A DNA stretch of 64,000 bases. Origin: Mobula birostris. Taxonomy: Eukaryota. The position numbers and the translations under genes are program-made. Positions 52,215 through 63,522 of this stretch are shown piece by piece (position 1 is the stretch's first letter; each line of letters opens with the position of its first letter). The notes beneath the pieces were generated by a model. The model was not told where the DNA came from and did no database searches. It was given only the letters and a program-made list of their open reading frames with translations. The stretch covers positions 35,262,843 to 35,326,842 of the forward strand of contig NC_092402.1 in the NCBI RefSeq assembly GCF_030028105.1. The letters run 5' to 3'.

Positions 52215-54224
52215 CAGTGCCTTGAAAAAGTATTCAGCCCCCCACAACTAATTTCACATTTTACTGTCTCATTTTCTAAATTTAAAATATATTGAAGTAG
52301 AATTTTTGAGCTAATCTACAAAACATTGCATTGTGTCAAATCAAAAGAAAAATTCCAAAACTTGTCAAAAATTTCATAAAGATTAAAAACCAAAATTATG
52401 AGGCTGTAAAAGTATTCATCCCCTTTGTAATTACTATGTTAACTTTCTTTAGGTGCAGTACAGTATATTAACCATACCAACTCACCCAATTTGTTGATGT
52501 AGAAAATTAGAGGGTCATCTGAATAAATACCCCCTCTCTCTGTAAGGTCCAACAGTATGGCAGATTTTCATCAGACCAAACCAAAGTCAAAACAATAGAA
52601 TAGAATATTTTATTTCTTACATCCAAGGGAGTAAAAAACCTTGAAGTTGCATCTCTGTCGCAATGTACAAGCAATAAAGAGGGGAAATATGGGAGGATAT
52701 GGCTCAAAGACTAAAATTGTATACATAATTGTTTTATATACATGTATGTGCAGCCAGAGATGCAATCAAATCAATGCGTATTGATAAATCTGCTGGTCTG
52801 ATGAAAGAAGCTGCCCCAGAGCATGTTGGTTCTGGTTTTAATGCTGTGGTACCATTTGCCAGATGGTAGCAGCTGAAACAGTTTGTGGTTGGGGTGGCTG
52901 GAGTCTCTGATGACCCTTTGGGCCCTTTTTACGCACCTGCTGCTGTAAATGTTCTGAATAGAGGAAAGTTCACATCCACAGATATGCTGGGCTGTCCGCA
53001 CCACTCTCTGCAGTGTCCTGCGTTTGAGGTTAGTACAGTTTCCTTACCAGGTGATGACACAGCGAGTCAGGATGCTTTCGATGGTGCCCCTGTAAAGTCC
53101 TGAGGATTTGGGGACTCACGCTGAACTTCTGAGGTGAAAGAGATGCTGTTGTATTTTTTTCACCACACAGCCGGTATGTGCAGACCACGTGAAATCCTTG
53201 GAGATGTTTATGCTGAGGAACTTAAAGCTGTTTGCCCTGTCAACCCCAGATCCATTGATGTTTATAGGGATTAGCCTGTCTCTGTTTTTCCTGTAATCAA
53301 TGATCAACTCCTTCACTTTTCAATATTGAGGGAGAGGTTGTTTTCTTGGCACCACTGTGCCTTGACTTCTCCTCTGTAGGCTGTCTCATCATTGTTGGAA
53401 ATAAGGCCTATCAATGTCTTGTCATCTGCAAATTTGATCAGCAGATTGGAGCTATGTGTGGCTACACAGTTGTGTCTAGGGAGTAGAGGAGGGGGCTCAG
53501 GACACAGCCCTGGGGGGCTCCTGTGGGGGTCAGAGGTGAGGGAGCCTATCCTTACCACCTGCTGACGATCTGACATTTAGTCCAGGATCCAGTTACACAA
53601 GGCAGGGTGCAGGCCAATATCTCTGAGTTTCTTGTCGAGCCTGTGGGGAATTATGGTGTTGAATGCTGAGCTATAGTCCAAGAACAGCATTCTAATATAA
53701 GGATCCCTCTTCTCCAGGTGAGCATTCAATGTATGTCAGGGAAATGATAATAGAGAAGCACAAATCTGGGGAAGGGTACAGGACCATCTCAAAGGTACTG
53801 AACATACCTTGAGCTCAGTGCAGTCTATCTTGAAAAAGTGGAAAAAAATATAAAGCCACAGCCACATTGTCTAGGTCAGGTCGCCCTTCTAAACTTGGTC
53901 AAATGAGACTAAAGTGGAACTTTTTGGCCTCAGCACTATGTATGGCGTAAATCTAATATTGCACATCAGCCAGGTAACGTTATCCCTATTGTAAAGTATG
54001 GTGGAGGTAGCTTCTGTTATGGGGATGGAAATCTGGTCATGACTTATGAGAAGATGAGTTTTGCTAAATACAGAGAGATACTGGATCTGTAAGGGGCTGT
54101 ACTGTGAAAAAAGAGCACGTGATTCACAAATAAAAGTTCTCAGTTAAATTGATCAAAATCCCTGGTTAAAATACACATCTATGTGAACAAAGGGTTGGGG
54201 GTTGAATATATTTACATGGCCCTG
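52215..54224 (+). mobile_element. Decayed Tc1/mariner DNA transposon
   Basis: TA-CAGTGCCTTGAAAAAGTATTCAGCCCC left TIR and degenerate right TIR ...GGGGTTGAATATATTTACATGGCCCTG-TA. Inner direct repeat AAAAGTATTCATCCCC at ~52408. Transposase remnants IEKHKSGEGYRTISKVLNIP and ETKVELFG. Confidence 0.8.
52595..53720 (-). mobile_element. Rex1/Babar-type LINE inserted into the Tc1 element
   Basis: Minus-strand peptides IKFADDKTLIGLISNNDE and KELIIDYRK; (ATAGA)n tail at ~52595. Confidence 0.8.
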
Positions 54225-54859
54225 TAAACTTTCAGACTGCTAATACTTGGTGCAGTTTAAAACTTGAACAGAGGGTTTAATACTTATTTTCCTCAGTTGT
54301 TGTTGTTCCTATACATGGATGAGTTTATTGCTGCTTCCTACGCGCAGACAGAACTTAAATTTCTGCAGTGTTCCACCAGCATTTTGTGTGTGTTGCTTAA
54401 ATTTCAGTAATTTTGCAGCCAGTTTTCTCTGATGCCTATTTAACATGACCCATTTCTGGCTCTGTTTCCCCTGCTGGATTTTTCAGTCTGCATCTTGGGG
54501 GATAGGTTAGTGACCAGTATTGATTATGAACCCACAGGCCAGTACAGCTATCTTGACTTGTACTTCATCCTGCTTTCCATAAGGATTCACCCCATTCATT
54601 TAGCTCCTCTGTCTGTGTTATGTCTGCTTTGATGAAGAGATTTTCCATGATTCTGAGATGTCATCATGTCAACCATGATAGATGCTAGAGCCTCGACTGC
54701 TTCTCATTTATTGCCTGCACCTCTGCTCTTGGCTGGCCAGAGCAATAAAATGGTTCCTCTGATCCTCACTATTCATCGTCTCCCAGCCTAGCAGCATTTC
54801 AAATAACTGCTAACATTGCATTTGTACTTCCTTACTACAGACTCAACCTACAAATTAAC

Positions 54860-55490
54860 CTTCAGGGTATTTTACTTTAGAACTCTCAAGTCCCTTTGCA
54901 CCTCCAATTTCTGAATTCGCTCCTTGTTTAGAAAATAGTCTATGCCTCCATTCCATACACTTAGCTACACTGTATTCCATTTCTTTGCCTATTCCTCTTA
55001 ATCTGTCCAATTCCTTCTGCAGACTCCCTTCTTCCTCAACACACGTTACCCCTCCACCTACCTTTGTATCATCTGCAAACTTGGCCACTAAGCCATCAAT
55101 TTCATCATCCAGATCTTTAACACATAACGTAAAAAGTAGCAGACCCAACACTGACCCCTGCAGAATACCATCGGTCACTGACGGCCAACCAGGAAAGGTA
55201 CCCTTTATTGCCACTCTTTACCTTCTGCCAGTCAGTCAGTCTTCTGCCCATGCTAGTATTGTTCCTGTAATACCATCAGCTCTTATCTTGGTTAGCAGTC
55301 TCATGTGCAGCTGAAAATACAAGTAAACAACATCCACTAACTCTCTGTCTATTCTGTCTGCTGTTTCCTCAAATAATTTAAACAGATCTGTCAGGCTTCC
55401 AACTACCCCAAAACCTCATTCTTCATAGTGGACTAACATCTTGCCAATCACTGAAGTCAGGCTAACTGGCTTATAATTACCTGTCTTTTC
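54860..55490 (-). mobile_element. CR1 RT fragment
   Basis: GILQGSVLGLLLF...KFADDTKVGG. Confidence 0.8.
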
Positions 55491-55898
55491 CCGACTGGAC
55501 TGATGAGGAACTTCATTTTCAACATTTAGCTCACCCAAAGATGCTGATGCCCATTACTAGCTTTGTCTGAGAAGAGTTAATTGGCTGAGAAGAGCCAAAT
55601 CGGCAACTAAACCAGTACTTGCATTGATTTGCTAACTGTGGTAATCTGATAGGCACCAATTTGTCAAAAATTCTAGAATGTAGGCTGAGGTAGACTCTCT
55701 ATTAAAGAGAATTCGCGATAAATTTTAAATATTTCCAATCCCAGACTGTCACAGCTGAGGGCGTGAATTCTGGAACAGAATGACAATTTCACTTAATGTG
55801 AGCAATCAAACAGCTTTGAACAAAGCCAACTCCCATGCTGCCTGTGGCACGAGAGAGATGTAGTTTTAAGCTAATATTCGGTATTCCTATTAGTGACT

Positions 55899-56220
55899 GG
55901 GGCCACACAGTGGTTCAATTTATAAACTGCTGCCTCGTAGCTCCAGTGATTTTGATTCAATCCTGACCTCTACTGTCTATGTGAGACTTGCATGTTCTTC
56001 CTGTGGATTTTCCCTGGCTTACTTGAAGTCCCAAAGATGCATGGATTGGTAATTTAGTAAGCCACTGTAAATTTTCTCCTTATGTTGTGGAAAGGAGATG
56101 GTTGGAAAGAGTTGATGGGAATGTGGGAGAAGTTGCAGGGAAAATTAATGGGAAATGGGATTATTCCATGAACCAGTTCAGATGCAGTGTCTTGAAATGG
56201 TTTTCTTCCATGTCGTAAGG
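55899..56220 (+). mobile_element. Degenerate V-SINE-type SINE
   Basis: tRNA-like head (GATTCAATCC) and V-domain-like TTGCATGTTCTTCCTGTGG...CCCAAAGATG. Confidence 0.5.
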
Positions 56221-56361
56221 AAATTATAGATTTCATATCTTGTGAAATTTAGTCTGTAAATATCATTATGTTAAACTAATTGGTTTCTTTTGAAGGCTGT
56301 CAAGAATGTTTTGTAATTGCAGTTTAACTACTGTTCATGATTCCTCTATGACTTCTCTTAG

Positions 56362-56542
56362 GAAGCCAGATATTCCTGTGCCATACCTCTATTTTGATAT
56401 GGGTGCTGCAGTTATCTGTGCCAGTTTCATGTCCTTTGGTGTGAAGAGGCGATGGTTTGCTTTGGGAGCTGCCCTTCAATTGGCTATCAGCACATATGCA
56501 TCATACGTTGGAGAACAAGTGCACTATGGGGACTGGCTTAAG
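56362..56542 (+). CDS. TMEM101: TMEM101 coding exon 2
   Basis: (R)KPDIPVPYLYFDMGAAVICASFMSFGVKRRWFALGAALQLAISTYASYVGEQVHYGDWLK; TAG acceptor, GTAAGG donor. Confidence 0.96.
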
Positions 56543-57139
56543 GTAAGGAAACCAGATTGCACCAGAAAATCTCAAAGTCTAATTTAACCGGAGATGCCAT
56601 GAAGTAATTCCGTTTTATATGATTTTCATGCCATTTGTAATCTGTTGTTGACCTGAAATTTCCTGCTGTCATTTCAGTGTAACTCTACTCAAAGGAGGAA
56701 AACTGGAAGGGAGCTACTTATGACTATTCAGATTAAGTAAAACTGAATCAATCCTGAGATTGACATCATCCTCAGTTGACATGCTTGGATGGCAATGTTT
56801 CTTGGTGCTAGAATTGCTGATATATAATAATAACAGGGTAATTAATAATGCTGCACAAGTTTGAGTCTGGTTGTGATTTATTAGCACCATTATAGACATC
56901 ACTTTTGCAAAACAAATCAGTTTTAGTCAAGTTGTGGCCTGCGTTCATGTTATTTAATTTGCAGGTACAGGCAGACAAGAATCAGCATGAATTTGAGGAA
57001 TGGCTTACATTTATGTCATTTTTGTTTTTTCTATGTTCTAATATATATTTATTTCCTTCTCTTCATATGTGAACATCACATCTCATATGAATCTGAGATT
57101 ATAAAGGGCTGGTAGATAAGTGTGGCCCCAGGGAAATGG

Positions 57140-57545
57140 CACCCGTCATCCAGGTCATGCTCTCTTCTTGCTGCTGCCATCGGGAAGGAGGTACAGGACC
57201 CTTGGGTCCCACACCACTAGGTTCAGGAACAACTATCAGGCTGCTGAACCAGAGTGGATAACTTCACTCATCCCAACAGTTGAACTAATTCCATAACCAA
57301 TGGACTCACTTTCAAAGACTCAACAACTTATGTTCTCAATATTTATCATTTATTTGTTTATTATTATTTTTGTATTTGCACTATTTTTCTTTTGCAGACA
57401 ATTGTTTGAATGTTTTTACGTGCAGTTTTTCATTGATTCTATTATGTTTCTCTGTATTTACTGTGAATGCCTGCAAGAAGACGAATTGCAGGGTTCTATT
57501 TGGTGACCTATATGCACTTTAATAATAAATTTACTTTAAACTTTT
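57140..57545 (+). mobile_element. Rex1/Babar-type LINE 3' tail
   Basis: CATCCAGGTCATGCTCTCTTC...AATAATAAATTTACTTT, as at 49180-49555. Confidence 0.65.
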
Positions 57546-58136
57546 AGGTATCAATTTCTATGATCAGCTGAAATTAGTCAGCATGGAAGGGTACAATTAG
57601 GTACATTCAATGAGGCTTTTATTCTTGCTTGCCACTGATGTTCACTGATTTTGTTTGACCATATACTGCTGAAGCAGTTAACATTAAATTGTGATTTGAA
57701 AATGCCCGAATAATTCTTCAAAACTGAAAGGTTTCTGGGTTTGTATCCTTAGTCTATTCAAACAATATTTTTAGGTTGTCTTTTTGGCATCATTTATCTG
57801 CTTGTTTGTGCTGCAGAAAATAAATGTCTTTGTTCAGCACCATTAATCCTCCGAAAAATAAAACTTACAATGGATGAACAGAATTCAGTTGGACTCTTTT
57901 GTACTGTTTTGTACCTGTGAGCTGTTGCCAGATGTGCTGGGTGTATCAAAATCCAGTTTGTATTTTCTGGGCAGTGCTTGAATTCCTTTTTAAATATGGT
58001 GACATTTTATTACTGGATGGCGATCAGTGTTCAGATATAAAATACGATAGCATACATCATAAATTTGATTTGACTGATGCAGTTATAAAAAAACCATATA
58101 GATGAAGTATGTAAATAAGTATTTTGAATTCCACAG

Positions 58137-58283
58137 GTAAGAATGTATTCCAGGACTATAGCTGTAATTGGAGGATTTCTGATTTTGGCAAGTGGAGCTG
58201 GTGAGGTATATCGGCAGAAACCTCGTACAAGGTCACTACAGTCCACCGGGCAAGTGTTTCTTGGCATCCACCTTATTTGTGTG
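58137..58283 (+). CDS. TMEM101: TMEM101 coding exon 3
   Basis: VRMYSRTIAVIGGFLILASGAGEVYRQKPRTRSLQSTGQVFLGIHLICV; CAG acceptor, GTGAGT donor; 147 nt. Confidence 0.96.
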
Positions 58284-58414
58284 GTGAGTAATTAATATTT
58301 TTTTCACTAAAGGTATATTTTTGATAATGTTTTTCTATGCATTTTGTGAATACTTTTTTTCCTTTTTTTGGAGTAAAATAAATATTCGGACCTGTCCTAA
58401 CTTAACTTAATTCA

Positions 58415-58666
58415 AAGCAATACACACAAAATGCTGGAGGAACTCGGCAGGCCAGGCGGTATCTATGGGGGAAATGAGTAAACAGTCGACGTTTTGGGCC
58501 AAGGCCTTTCTTCAGGAGACCTTTGAGTCCTGAAGAAAGGTCTTGGCAAAACGCTGACTGTTTACTCTTTTCCATAGATGTCCACGGGCCTGCTAAGTTC
58601 CTCCGGTATTTTAGGTGTGCTGCTTAGGATTTCCAGCATCAGCAGATTTTCTTGTGTTTGTGATAC
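58415..58666. mobile_element. Penelope-derived fold-back mini-element in TMEM101 intron 3
   Basis: ~95-bp inverted arms at 58422-58516 / 58528-58619; 12-bp TSD TAACTTAATTCA (58403-58414, 58667-58678). Confidence 0.85.
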
Positions 58667-58860
58667 TAACTTAATTCACTTCAGTCTCTTAATTGCCTCC
58701 TCCCCAAAAGCCTTTCAGCAATGTAGAATTGCATTTCAGTTAGATTTTGGTTTGAGGTAGCAGAGATTGCAGAAGTGAAATGTTCTTTGGAACATGCAGT
58801 AGTTATAATAGATGGCAGGTTAAGTGCTGGTATTCTAATTCTATCGTATTTAATCTTTAG

Positions 58861-59169
58861 GCTTACTCCCTTCAGCACAGTAAGGAGGATCGCCTGGCCT
58901 ATCTGAATCACATCATAGGAGGTGAAATTACACTGCAGTTGTTGTTTGTACTTTATGCTGTGCTGGCTTTGTCTTTCCTCTCTGGATACTGTGTTCGGAC
59001 TGCAGCCCAGATGCTTTCTATTCTTATGCCTATTGTAGTTCTGTTTATTGATGGAAATGTGGGCTATTGGCACCATTCTCGTCGGGTTGAATTTTGGAAT
59101 CAAATGAAATTGCTTGGGCAGAATGTGGGCATTTTTGGTGCTGCCATCATTTTGGCCACAGATTGCTAA
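58861..59169 (+). CDS. TMEM101: TMEM101 coding exon 4
   Basis: AYSLQHSKEDRLAYLNH...VEFWNQMKLLGQNVGIFGAAIILATDC*. The four exons total 768 nt (255 aa plus stop). Confidence 0.96.
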   Translation, partial: AYSLQHSKEDRLAYLNHIIGGEITLQLLFVLYAVLALSFLSGYCVRTAAQMLSILMPIVVLFIDGNVGYWHHSRRVEFWNQMKLLGQNVGIFGAAIILATDC

Positions 59170-59240
59170 TGATTTTTAAAGGTGGAGTTTCTCATTGCGT
59201 GGCACTAATGAAACCACTGCCTTGTACTGCTATTTATTTG

Positions 59241-59247
<7 letters not shown>

Positions 59248-59286
<39 letters not shown>
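59248..59286 (+). repeat. A39 homopolymer in the TMEM101 3' UTR
   Basis: Direct observation. Confidence 0.95.
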
Positions 59287-59289
<3 letters not shown>

Positions 59290-60926
59290 TACAGGTTCTT
59301 GAATATATTTTCAGTATGGTTGATATTCTTACACAATTCTAAAGATAAACAGCTGTGTGAGCAATAGCTTAGATTCTAGTGAACTTACATACTAACTGAG
59401 GGCAACATCCTGAAATTTTGCTCCTGGCAGTCTCACTTTTTAGGACCGTTTTGAGTGCTTTCACACTACGTGTGTGTATCTGGAAAATTGACTCACTGTG
59501 TTCATTTATAATCCTCACACTAAATTCCATGCACTGTCATAAGTAAGCTCTATAATTTGTACAACATTGTCTTGTGATTTATATAACTTTTGATTCCTAG
59601 TAGTATAGTACAACACATTTCTATTATTATGATGAGTATATTTCTCCCTTAAAGCTGCAATTTTTTCAATTTATCTGAGCAAACAGATGAACAACACCTA
59701 TGCAGCTAGTGTATTGGTTGATCTAACTGATAACCTGAAGAACTCCTTAATTCTTGAGTTAGTGGATCAGTTACAATCCACATGTGGGACATGTTTTTGA
59801 ATAATGTTTTAGTTTGGACTCTGATGCCACTGACAAAACTTTTATCCAGTTGTATTTGTTAGCACAATAGTGAATTCATCCATCAGCAGTCTCTAGTTTT
59901 AACTATCGGTTTCTGAAGGATTACTCCTCTAGAATTTCTCATCTACCTCTGTAGCAGGAAGAGTAGGTAAACTAGAAGGTAACTAAGCCAGAATACATGA
60001 TGAATTAGCACTGTGGTCCAAGTGAGTATTGTTGATCACAGCAGTGTACATGTTGGTATGAAGCCATAGCATCAATCCATTTGAGTGAAATGGTTGTTTT
60101 AAACATGTTGGTTATGTTGATATTTTTCACAAAGTAAGCGATTTATCTAACTTTTCAACAGATGTTTTTTGGTTTTTTTTGTCTCAATTCTGCATCTCTG
60201 CTTAGAGTTGATTTTTTTTTTGGCGGGCTGTGGTTATTGGTGGTGAATCTCTCTTTTAGTAGCTCAAGGTACAATGAGTGGTTGCATTTGGATGTATGTC
60301 AAGTCATAGTTTAAAAAATTTTCTTTTTATAATCTAGAGGTTGCTTTTCAGGCTGCATTAATGTAGCTCTCTGTTTTCAAAAAGTGAAACAGAGATAGAG
60401 CTTTTAGGAATGTCTTAGAGTACGTTGACTAATTAATAGTTTCAGATTTACTGTGTTTTCTTTTTCTTTCCCAATCTTTTCATTTAATCCGACGACTGAA
60501 CAAAATTTTACTAAAGCATTACAGTCCCTCAAACAATTGTGCTGATTTGGAAAACAGAATTTAAAAAGTAGAATCAGGATTTCAAAAATGTATTGTTTTT
60601 GTGAAGAAATGGAGGATCTCTTGTTTCCCATCATTTTATAAAAAGTTCAGTAAGTGCATCCTCTCTGATTGAAGCCATAGATTGTGATGAAATTATGGAT
60701 TATTTATCAAGGTCTCTTTAAAATAGTTAAGTTACATTATTCTAACTTTTTCATTGTGATTTCACTTAAGTGCAAAGGACTTCCATTTCTGTAAGCAAAT
60801 ATCCAGAAATGCATTTCAATTTTAAGCAAGTAGACATTTAATTAAAACAAAGAGACCAATGTCTACCGTATTTGAATATTTGGAATTTCTAAATTTTTAT
60901 GTTGTATTTGTGAATACTTATGCAGG

Positions 60927-60932
60927 AATAAA
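60927..60932 (+). terminator. Candidate TMEM101 polyadenylation signal
   Basis: AATAAA preceded by U-rich/TGTA sequence, ~1.75 kb after the stop codon. Confidence 0.45.
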
Positions 60933-61189
60933 ATGCTCATAAAATGAGCATTTTAAGGAGAGCATAAAAAACATGATTTCGCCATAGAACATGCTATATG
61001 TTGAAGTGATTTGGCTTGTCAATTGAAGTGCTTGTGAACTGTAGCACCTGGATAATTTACTTGAAAAAATGGGATCAATATTGTACAAGGTAAAACTGTA
61101 GCAGCCTTGTAACTCATGTTCTTGAAAATAACTAAGTCTAATTATATTTTGGTCAGATTGAAGCCTTTTGTTACATACACCTGTTAGGG

Positions 61190-62036
61190 TGCATTTTCCA
61201 GATACCTTAAGGTAACCGTAGCCTTCAGCCAGGAGCAGATGTCATCAGGTGGTTCCCAACCTTCACTGAGTGTTTCGACCCTTAACCACGATACTCTCCA
61301 GTTGGTGGGCCGGCAGTGGTGGTCAAATCACTGCCTGTCTGCTCCTGGCTTTCAGCTCCCCTCCTCTCGCCTACTCCAAATCCAACAAGAGGTTTGTTCT
61401 GTCTCTTCCCTCATCCTATGAGCTGCTTGTTTTTTTGCTCCTTTCGTCCAGACCCAGAGCTGACAACAACCGCCATGCTGATTTGGCTGGGAAACCTCTG
61501 CAGCCGACCTCCACAGGGAACAACCATGCCTGCCATCCCTTGTCTTTACACTCCTGCAGTAAGGGCTGGTACTTCAAGGCCTTTCTCTGGTGGGCCTCTT
61601 CCCATCCCTCCTCCCACGGCACAGTCAGCTCAACCAGAATTATTTTCCTGTCTTCAGTTGACCACGATACAATGTCTGGGCGTAGGGTTGTGTGGACCAC
61701 ATCTGGGAACTGCAGCCTCCTTCCCACATCGACCCTCATCTCCCAGGACCTGGCCATTAGCAGCAGATTGAACTTTGATTGTTTGGTTACAAAAGGCCTA
61801 GCTCCCTCTTTGATGAAGTTGATGGCCTTCCTCAAATCTGTGCCAGCCGTCCTCTTCTTGCATCTCTCTCGCTCTAGTGTGTCAGCAAGAGCCAGAAGCA
61901 CCTTATCATGGCACCACCTATACTGTCTTTGAGTTAGGGCTGTTTTACACCCGGACAGTATATGAGCCAGTGTCCCCTTTTGACCACAGACCACAGTTCG
62001 GGTCCTCTCTCATCCCCCATATGTACCAATGTAATG
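61190..62036 (-). mobile_element. 3' fragment of an R2-group (HERO-like) non-LTR retrotransposon
   Basis: Zinc knuckle CGQKGTLAHILSGC, YRW.HDKVL, and restriction-like endonuclease RPDIV...ILVELTVPWEE...RKALKY. Confidence 0.85.
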
Positions 62037-63078
62037 GTAAAGGAAAGGTGTCTAGAGTTTCTGTGCTGAAATTGCTGAAGAATATAAAACAAAAGTTAAT
62101 GTATCCTTGACAATATTATCATTGTTACTTTTCTCCATGAATAGTATGTTTAGATTAAGTGGGTGGTGGTAATTTTTGCATCAGTTGGATCCAATCCACT
62201 CACTTCTGTTTCTTGTAGGTTGATCAATATTGTGTAAGTGTTTGTTTCAAATTGTGAGTGTATAGATTGGGAGTAAAATTTTCACTATAAATATAATAAA
62301 TGACAAAATGGCTTTCATTAAGCCTAAGGAGCTGTTCAAATGAAGTTAACTACAGAATGATTTGAATGCTCTTTTGTTCAAATCACTAAATGTTTGGTAA
62401 ATTTCCATGGTTAACTTTTATGCACATATTCTATTTTCAATCTGATGTATATTTAAAAAAAAAACTGAATAGGTTACCAGTCAACCCAAGTGTGCCCCAA
62501 GCTGTAATTAGTTTGTATTCATTAAAAAGCTTGTTATTTTAACTTATTTATTAAAATTGAGTTACTTTATTCATAGCTTGCATTCACTGGGAAGGACGTC
62601 TTGCTTTCTCTTGAGTGAGGAGTGGGTGATGCCTCTGTGTGACTTCTTTAAAATTGGGAATAATGTAACATGCCAATTGCCTTAAGATCTTGTCAGCATG
62701 ATATCTTGGTCCAAAGGCAGACTCTGCTGCATAGACTTAACATGTGACAATGCGTAAGTGCCTATAACCATTGGATGTGCACACACATGCATTTTGCCAG
62801 CACAAATAGATACACATATCCTTATCCACGCCCACTTCCTTACCTCCCAGCATCACTGCTAAAGCCTACTCCATTGCCCCTTTTTCTTTTTCCCCCTCCC
62901 AGACCAGCTTGCTTTATGCAGTTAGTAGAATTTGATCCAAGTATAAAGTTTAAAATGCAATGGCAATAATAGCACTAACATAGTTGTAATTCAAACATTT
63001 ACAGTTTCTTGGCTGATTTGACATTGTACATGAATTATTTGGATTTAAGTACTTCTAAACTTGTTCAAGGTGGATGTT

Positions 63079-63522
63079 TAAAAACGCAAACACGAGGAAA
63101 TCTGCAGAAGCTGGAATTTCAAGCAACACACATCAAAGTTGCTGGTGAACGCAGCAGTCCAGGCAGCATCTCTAGGAAGAGGTACAGTTGATGTTTCAGG
63201 CCCAGACCCTTCATCAGGACTAACTGAAGGAAGAGCTAGTAAGAGATTTGAGAGGGGGAGGGATGGAGCCAAGAGCTGGACAGTTGATTGGCAAAAGGGA
63301 TATGAGAGGACCTAGGGAGAAAGAAAAGGGGAAGGTGGGGGAAGCCCTGAGGATGGGCTCCATCCCTCCCCCTCCTGTCTTCTCCTATCATTTTGGATCT
63401 TCCCCCCCACCCACTTTCAAATCTCTTACTATCTCTTCCTTCAGTTAGTCCTGACGAAGGGTCTGGGCCTGAAACGTCGACTGTACCTCTTCCTAGAGAT
63501 GCTGCCTGGCCTGCTACATTCA
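63079..63522. mobile_element. Penelope-derived fold-back element with two opposed hammerhead motifs
   Basis: ~105-bp inverted arms at 63146-63251 / 63417-63523; perfect 13-bp TSD CAAGGTGGATGTT (63066-63078, 63523-63535). Confidence 0.9.
63446..63483 (+). ncRNA. Minimal type-I hammerhead ribozyme motif
   Basis: TAGTC (stem I), CTGACGA, AGGGTCTGGGCCT (stem II), GAAAC, GTC (predicted cleavage after 63478), GACTG (stem I'). Confidence 0.65.

Noticed and set aside
59170-59286. Poly(A) after TMEM101 suggesting a processed pseudogene
   Set aside because: The gene has three canonical introns and an intact frame.
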